A stretch of DNA of 56,991 nucleotides, from assembly GCF_006345805.1 (NCBI RefSeq), contig NW_021833618.1, positions 1-56,991 of the forward strand, written 5' to 3'. A program made the position numbers and the translations under genes. The DNA is from Octopus sinensis (taxonomy: Eukaryota). Positions 51,401-56,991 of this stretch are shown here, in pieces (position 1 is the stretch's first letter; each line of letters opens with the position of its first letter). Below the pieces are notes generated by a model that was not told where the DNA came from, made no database searches, and saw only the letters and a program-made list of their open reading frames with translations.

Positions 51401-52070
51401 AGTCACACACAGTCCAGTCAGTTAGCTCAAATCATAAAGTGGAGATAAGAGTGGACATCACCTTGCAGACAGATGTTCATGTAAAAAACAATATACCAGA
51501 TATCTTTGTCCTTGATAAAAAGAAAAACGAAATCACTCTAATTGAAGTCGGAATTACTTCCCACGCCATGTTAAAGCAAGTGGAAGTAGAAAAACTGCAT
51601 AAATATGATCTTCTTGCTGGAGAATTATCTCAAATCCACGGTGCGAAGGGAACGATAATCCCCATTGTCCTCACATGGGACGGGATAGTTTCTAAATTCT
51701 ATAAGTCTTATATGGAAAGACTGAAGTTGGATGCTTCCACTAGATCGTATATACAATCGCTGACGATTAAGAAGACATTGGAGGCCATGCTTGTTGAACA
51801 TAAACATGGAGTGGAAATTGAAAAACATGAGGAACAAGTTTCAAGGGCCACCAACCACCTCCTAAAATTGGCTAGAGAAACAACAGATCCATCAGATTTG
51901 CCGGAAGATGTGTCTCATGTGTCATATGAAGTGTTAGAAGAGGAGAATACGCAGATCCAGTGCAACGGTCCAAAAAGGAGGAGAATTATATAGATTAGTT
52001 AGTTATTAGTAACTAAAGACGTTAATTTATAATTAAATTAAATATTATATTAAAAAAACAGTTTAATAAA
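48470..52070 (+). mobile_element. Near-intact R4/Dong-like RLE retrotransposon (about 1170-aa single ORF with one -1 indel)
   Basis: ORFs 48470-49732 and 49660-51993 join if one T is added to the TTTTT at 49679-49683; RT (QGDSLSP, FIDD), CNHC..H..C, RHN and PDIFVLDK..LIEVG motifs. Confidence 0.93.
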
Positions 52071-52130
52071 TATATCAATTCAATGTCTAACCACTGAGTT
52101 ATTGACAATAAAATATCAGCATTAATTAAA

Positions 52131-52936
52131 ATGCTTCCACTTGTCCTATTTTTTATTCATTTAGTGATCCAAAACGACTGCGATTTGACAAGAAGGTTAT
52201 TGAAGAATTGCTTATTTTAAAAGATATCTTAATTTATACAACTGTATTTTCAATGGAGAAAATGCTGCGGGAGATGGGATAGATATTACCATAAAGAGAA
52301 AAGTTACATTTCCTAATGGAGAAATATTCTCCCATCTAAAAAATTTGAAACAATTGTAATCAATATTTCATTGATATTAGTGAGTGTAAAGGAGACTCGC
52401 TGAAGAAAATACTAAACAACTCATTTGATGGGTTGGATAAATTAGACTATATGTATATTTAAATATTTCGAATTATTAGAATGCTGTATTACTGTGATAA
52501 CCTTCGTTACGTGAATGTAAATAGTTTTGCACGTCTAGCCGCATTATCACATCTGTACAAATCTTATTCTAACATTAAAGTTTTATGCCGTCAAATACCA
52601 TCTTTCAGTCGCCAAAAATCAGTCGTCGTGCCACGCTTTAGTATTTTAAATTACTGACTGTGTAGTTTGTATCACGACCAGAAAGTGTGCATGTTCACAA
52701 ACGGGTCCCAACCCACACTGTATACTTTGTTATTCTCATATAAGAATTACGAAAGTGATGGATGAAGCATATATGATGTTAGCCGACAACAGTGTGGAAC
52801 TAAAATTATATAAAAATCAAAAGATAACCCTCACTATGCAAGAAGCATTTGGTGTATTTGTATACTCACAATAGATTGTAACTTCTGTGACCACCCGATC
52901 CCCAATAATATGATCTGCACAAGTGAATGTAACTGA
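52131..52936 (+). CDS. Secreted LRR protein, family copy A3 (intact, 8 exons, 208 aa)
   Basis: Exons 52131-52195, 52224-52355, 52381-52452, 52480-52554, 52581-52640, 52666-52719, 52745-52851, 52875-52936; introns 28, 25, 27, 26, 25, 25, 23 nt, all GT-AG; 627 nt open. MLPLVLFFIHLVIQNDCDL..FECKGDSLKKILNNSFDGLDKLDYIMLYYCDNLRYVNVNSFARL..CNFC..CTSECN*. Confidence 0.87.
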
Positions 52937-53310
52937 AAAAATATTCTAACGATATTCATTAACTAACCTAATTATTTATTCTGATATTTCTTGTTTCCGC
53001 TTTTCTTTATTGTTACGTGCACTAGTCAGAATTAAAGGCAAACTTGCAACGTGGATTGCAAGTTGCTATTAACTTCATTTAAGTGGTATTGCTTAAACAC
53101 ATTTTTGAAAAGGGTCACCTGTGACTCATCCGAGCACCGGTATCCTGCCAAAAGAGTACGGACACGAGGATAGATGAGTGTTGCCGTTGACTTGACCATT
53201 AGCCTTTCGACTATTCTCTTAGCTACTTTCCTGGCTACCATCTAATTTTGTTTTTAAACTTTCATTATACGAGTAATAACAATCAGGAAAAGCTTAATAT
53301 CTATAAATAA

Positions 53311-53720
53311 GTGAGCCAACATGACTGTGACTTAACACAAATGTTTCAAGAATCACTTAAGGCTTTAGATACGGTGATTTCATTGGAGAATGTTGCGAGA
53401 CATTCAAAATTAATCTTAATTCAACATGACGTTGCATTTCCCTTTGGAAAGACATTCTCCAAATTACAAACATTCTTTTTTATTTCTGTTCTTTTAATCA
53501 TTACAAAATTGAAACATTTGTAATCAACATTTTATCTAATACCCGTTACTGTATCTGAAACTCAGTACAGAAAATACCAGAAAACTCATTTAATGTCGTG
53601 AATGTAAATGCCTTTGCACGTCTTATCAGTTTAAAGCTCTGCACAAATATTATTCTAAAATTACAGTTAGAGCCCGACCCACAATATATACTTAGACATT
53701 TTAATATAACGATTACGAAA
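53311..53720 (+). pseudogene. LRR-family copy A4 (decayed, tandem to A3)
   Basis: QHDCDLTQ, VAFPFGKTFS, intron-2-like gtaatcaacattttat, VNVNAFARL and intron-4-like gcacaaatattattctaaaattacag, with large deletions. Confidence 0.75.
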
Positions 53721-53762
53721 AATTATTTAAAAATATATAAAATCCAATAAATAAAAATTAAT

Positions 53763-54819
53763 TCAATTTGAAATACGTCCAATGTGGTCTTGTACAACAT
53801 TAATTGCAAATTTTCTTATATTAACGCAAATCTTTGACTTTAGTGGGAATTCTTCTTTACATTTCTCACTAATCTCCAAAAAATACAAACTAAACATTTT
53901 AATACAACAAAACCTGCAATTCTCCACAGAAATACAAGCCACCCTTGCCTGGTCCTTCACACTCTCATAGGCCTCCTCTGAACTGTCCATGTCCTCCAAC
54001 TGCCCGACCACGGTCTCCGCAAATTTAACAGCTTCCATAAGACTCTACTAAGTGACCTCAGTCCCTCACATCTACCGAGTACTTTCGCTTAAAATCAGTC
54101 CCTTCACTGCTCTCGTTTAACGTCCTGACACGTTTGCTGATAAACTGTCGACAAATGTCACAAATTCGGATTGAATTGACTTTATATTTGTCGTTGAAAT
54201 CGACTTGAATTTGAGATTTTGAACAGTCAGGCCAATCCATATAAACTGTGGTGAAACATTCTGCGGAATTAAACTCTCAAATCTGCCTGCGTCGTCGTAG
54301 GATATAAAAAAACAGCATTTCGAACAGATTATGTAGCCACAAACTCTGCAATGGTGTCGTCGGTTTATTAAATTGTAGGTTTTTTTACAGCAATAACAAT
54401 TTGAAGACATTTTGTCATCGATCCAAGGCACAGTGGATTTTTCAACCTCCAAAGCCTTGGTTTTTGACAGTCCTCGATTCCCCGTTGCCTCTCGGAGACC
54501 AGCAAGAAGTCGAGAAAGTCTCCAAATCAGTTTGGCGTTGGCTTCTTTGTTTTTTCCGTGTTTTTCACGGAGGTTTTTGAGTAAAGAAGTATCGTCCTTC
54601 ATTAGGCCTATAATTCTGGTTGGTTTAGTGGAGACCTATTTTTTGGGGTTTTATTGTTTGTGGATTGGAGGATTGTTCTTCAAAGTCTATGGGTTAGTCA
54701 ATGTGGGATAGACTGGTAATGGGGTCATTGTGGGTGTTTAGAAAGTGTGATGTTAATTCGTTCTCATTATTATACTTTTTATGACATGAAGGACAAAGAA
54801 ATCCTTCTTTTGGTGGCAT
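53763..54819 (-). CDS. RBSN: Rabenosyn-5-like (C2H2 + FYVE), about 300 aa
   Basis: EGFLCPSCHKKY..LTSHFLNTH, LIWRLSRL, VPWIDD..CYCC..RRHHCRVCG..CSKC, RICDIC; introns of 27, 28, 26 (GC-AG, 54261-54286) and about 31 nt restore the frame. Confidence 0.82.
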
Positions 54820-55789
54820 CCACAATGAAATAAATTATTTATTAATGTATTATTTTATATTAAATAATCTTTATTTAATAATATGCTGTCTTTTAGAAAA
54901 ATATTAATCTTTCCATTGTACCTTACGATCAGTTAATAATACATTTTTCTTATTAATAACATGACCTCCATGTAAATATTTTGTAAAACATATTTAGCTA
55001 GAAGCTCCATTTCAGTTGATTTGAATAAAGCAATAACAGACTTTGGATCTTTAGATTTGACATAAAATTTGTGTATTAATCGTAAATCTAAAGTATTTTT
55101 CATTTAATACTGTGAATTACTCGATGTTTTTGAAATCTATATTTAGCTTGTATGAAAATTTTTTTTAGAAATTTATGTTTCAAAGCATTTTTTAAACGAT
55201 ATTGGATTTTTAATAACGTTTTCACGGTAAAAAATCCTTCGTACTTGACTATTATAAGCTTCTAAACATGATTCATCTGAGCAGATGAATTTCTTCAATT
55301 CCTCGTCAGATATGAATAAAATCTTATTTTGAAATTAACCGGCTAAATTTATGTTTTGAAGTCAAATAAATTTTATATTTTGCTATTCGGATGCAATTCA
55401 AATGAGTTCACTATCAGACCAATTGTTTAGGAGAGACGTCAATATTAATATTAGTTTGGCAATTTCAGAAAGAGACACGGCAGAAATTGATAATTCATTC
55501 TTCGAAGGTAATTGTAATGTGTTTTTTGATCTGAAGACAACTTCGGGTGACGCTCTGATCCAATTTTTTGCATTGTGGTTCTGTCTTTGGAGAATTTTTC
55601 GTCACAAATCTAACACTTGATTTTAGAATTTTCAGCATTTTAGATATCTTTTTGATTGTTTCTAACAAAAATAATGTCTAATTATCACCCTTTTTGTAAA
55701 AAAACAATCAGATTTATTAATATTTCTTTTATAGTGTCCTTAAATTTTATATTCAAACTAGCACGCTGTTTTTACATTCTTGTTTGATA

Positions 55790-56991
55790 TCTGAGATGTC
55801 TTCTCGCTCAAATAAGAAGAGTCGTCATTATCAAAACGAATATTTAAAATATGGGTTTATTCAATGTACTGAAGATACAAAACAGCCTTATTGTCAAATT
55901 TGTTAATGTTCTTTCTCAAATGAAGCAATGAAGCCATCACGATTACAGGATCTTTTCAAACCAAAACATCCGGATAAAATGTCAAAGCCGATTGAATATT
56001 TTCAAACTTTAAAGTACAATTTTCAAAATAAGAAAACGATCAAATCGTTATTCACAAAGCCAGTACATGATGGTTATTTAAATTTATTTACACGTAGTTG
56101 TGGAAGCGCAGATCCATTCTTATAAAATTGCTGAAATTATTGTGAAAACTTCTAGTTCTCATACTATCCCAGAAAATGTAATAATTCCATTGGAAGTAAT
56201 AATATCGGATGTAATGCATCAAGATGCTTCTAAAATATTAAAAGTCTATTTCTTAGCAATGATTCGGTTCGTCGAAGAATCGATGAAATGGATGATAAAG
56301 TAAAAGAAATTCTTATTGAAAGACTGAAACGAAGTAAGTTTTCTTTACAAATTGATGAAAGCGTCATTGTAGATAATAAAGCTGTTTTAATGGGATTTGT
56401 GAGGTTATTTTCGAATTTTTTTTATAAAATTTAGGTATTTCGATAATGAATGTGTATTAAATGAGAATTTATTGTTTGTCGAATTATTAGAAACCTGTAC
56501 AACTGGAATGTCAATATATTCCGTAGTAAAAGTGTTTTGTGAAACAAATGAAATATTATTTGAAAATTTGATTTCCGGTGCGACTGATGCTGCGATGTCA
56601 ATGGTTGGAAGATATAAGGGAATTGTTTCACTTCTTAAAAAAGATTATCCATGGGTCATTACCGTTCATTGTATTTTACATCGCCTTCAACTGGTATGAA
56701 GATTTTATGTTATGATTTACATCAATCTTTAAACATTGTAATCAAAACAATTAACAAAATAAAAACAAGAAGCAAATGTGATCGTCATTTTAGAAAGTTT
56801 TGTAGGGATGCTGATGAAGATTTTATTCGACTTTTATTACATACGGAAGTAAGATGGCTTTTAAAAGGAAATGCTTTAGAAAGATTTGTTAATCTTTACA
56901 ATGCAATAGTCGCATTTTTGCAAACTGAAGAAAACTTGATTTAGACTGAAGAAATCATTTCACGAAAAAAATGATATATTCTATTTGAATT
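55790..56991 (+). mobile_element. Degenerate hAT Buster/Charlie (ZBED5/FAM200-like) transposase, runs off the window
   Basis: YLKYGF..PYCQIC..NEAMKPSRL, FSLQIDES, TDAAMSMVG, VHCILHR, LLLHTEVRWL motifs with stops and frameshifts. Confidence 0.88.

Noticed and set aside
52937-53030. Hydrophobic stretch after the LRR stop as a transmembrane or GPI exon
   Set aside because: No consistent splice route or shared frame among A1, A2 and A3; treated as 3' UTR unless RNA-seq shows otherwise.
53032-53241. ORF with weak histone H2A-like LIYPRVRTLL
   Set aside because: Similarity is short and gapped, the histone-fold remainder is absent, and the ORF runs antisense into the LRR 3' flank.
55300-55750. Possible Tc1 N-terminal HTH remnant on the minus strand
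   Set aside because: Too degenerate; no TIR or catalytic motif to support a call.
1-56991. Ciliate or alternative nuclear genetic code as the explanation for short ORFs
   Set aside because: Spliced HSBP1 and CFAP20 end at TAA at the expected protein length, and internal stops vanish with micro-intron removal.

Overview
Eukaryotic, transposon-dense (about 60-65%) window from a compact genome whose spliceosomal introns are only about 20-32 nt and which uses the standard genetic code. This best fits a dicyemid-like parasitic animal (inference). The supplied ORF track misses most real genes because micro-introns break them up. Manual splicing recovers HSBP1, a La-motif protein, CFAP20, a two-RRM hnRNP/DAZAP1-like gene, a CEPT1-like pseudogene, NDUFA13-like, importin-beta, POLR3D-like and rabenosyn-5 genes, plus tRNA-Tyr(GTA) and tRNA-Leu(TAA). 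These sit among R4/Dong-like, CRE-like, RTE and I/Jockey-like LINEs, hAT, pogo/Tc1 and Helitron elements. The most striking hidden feature is an 8-exon multigene family of about 207-aa secreted, cysteine-capped leucine-rich-repeat (LRR) proteins: 2 intact genes, 2 decayed copies and 1 transposon-captured fragment. Paralogue introns and flanks are near-identical while exons differ almost only by amino-acid-changing substitutions. Three of the copies lie just downstream of co-oriented R4-type retroelement 3' ends. This is a candidate undescribed diversifying surface/secreted protein system. All alignments and counts were done by eye; no database searches were run.
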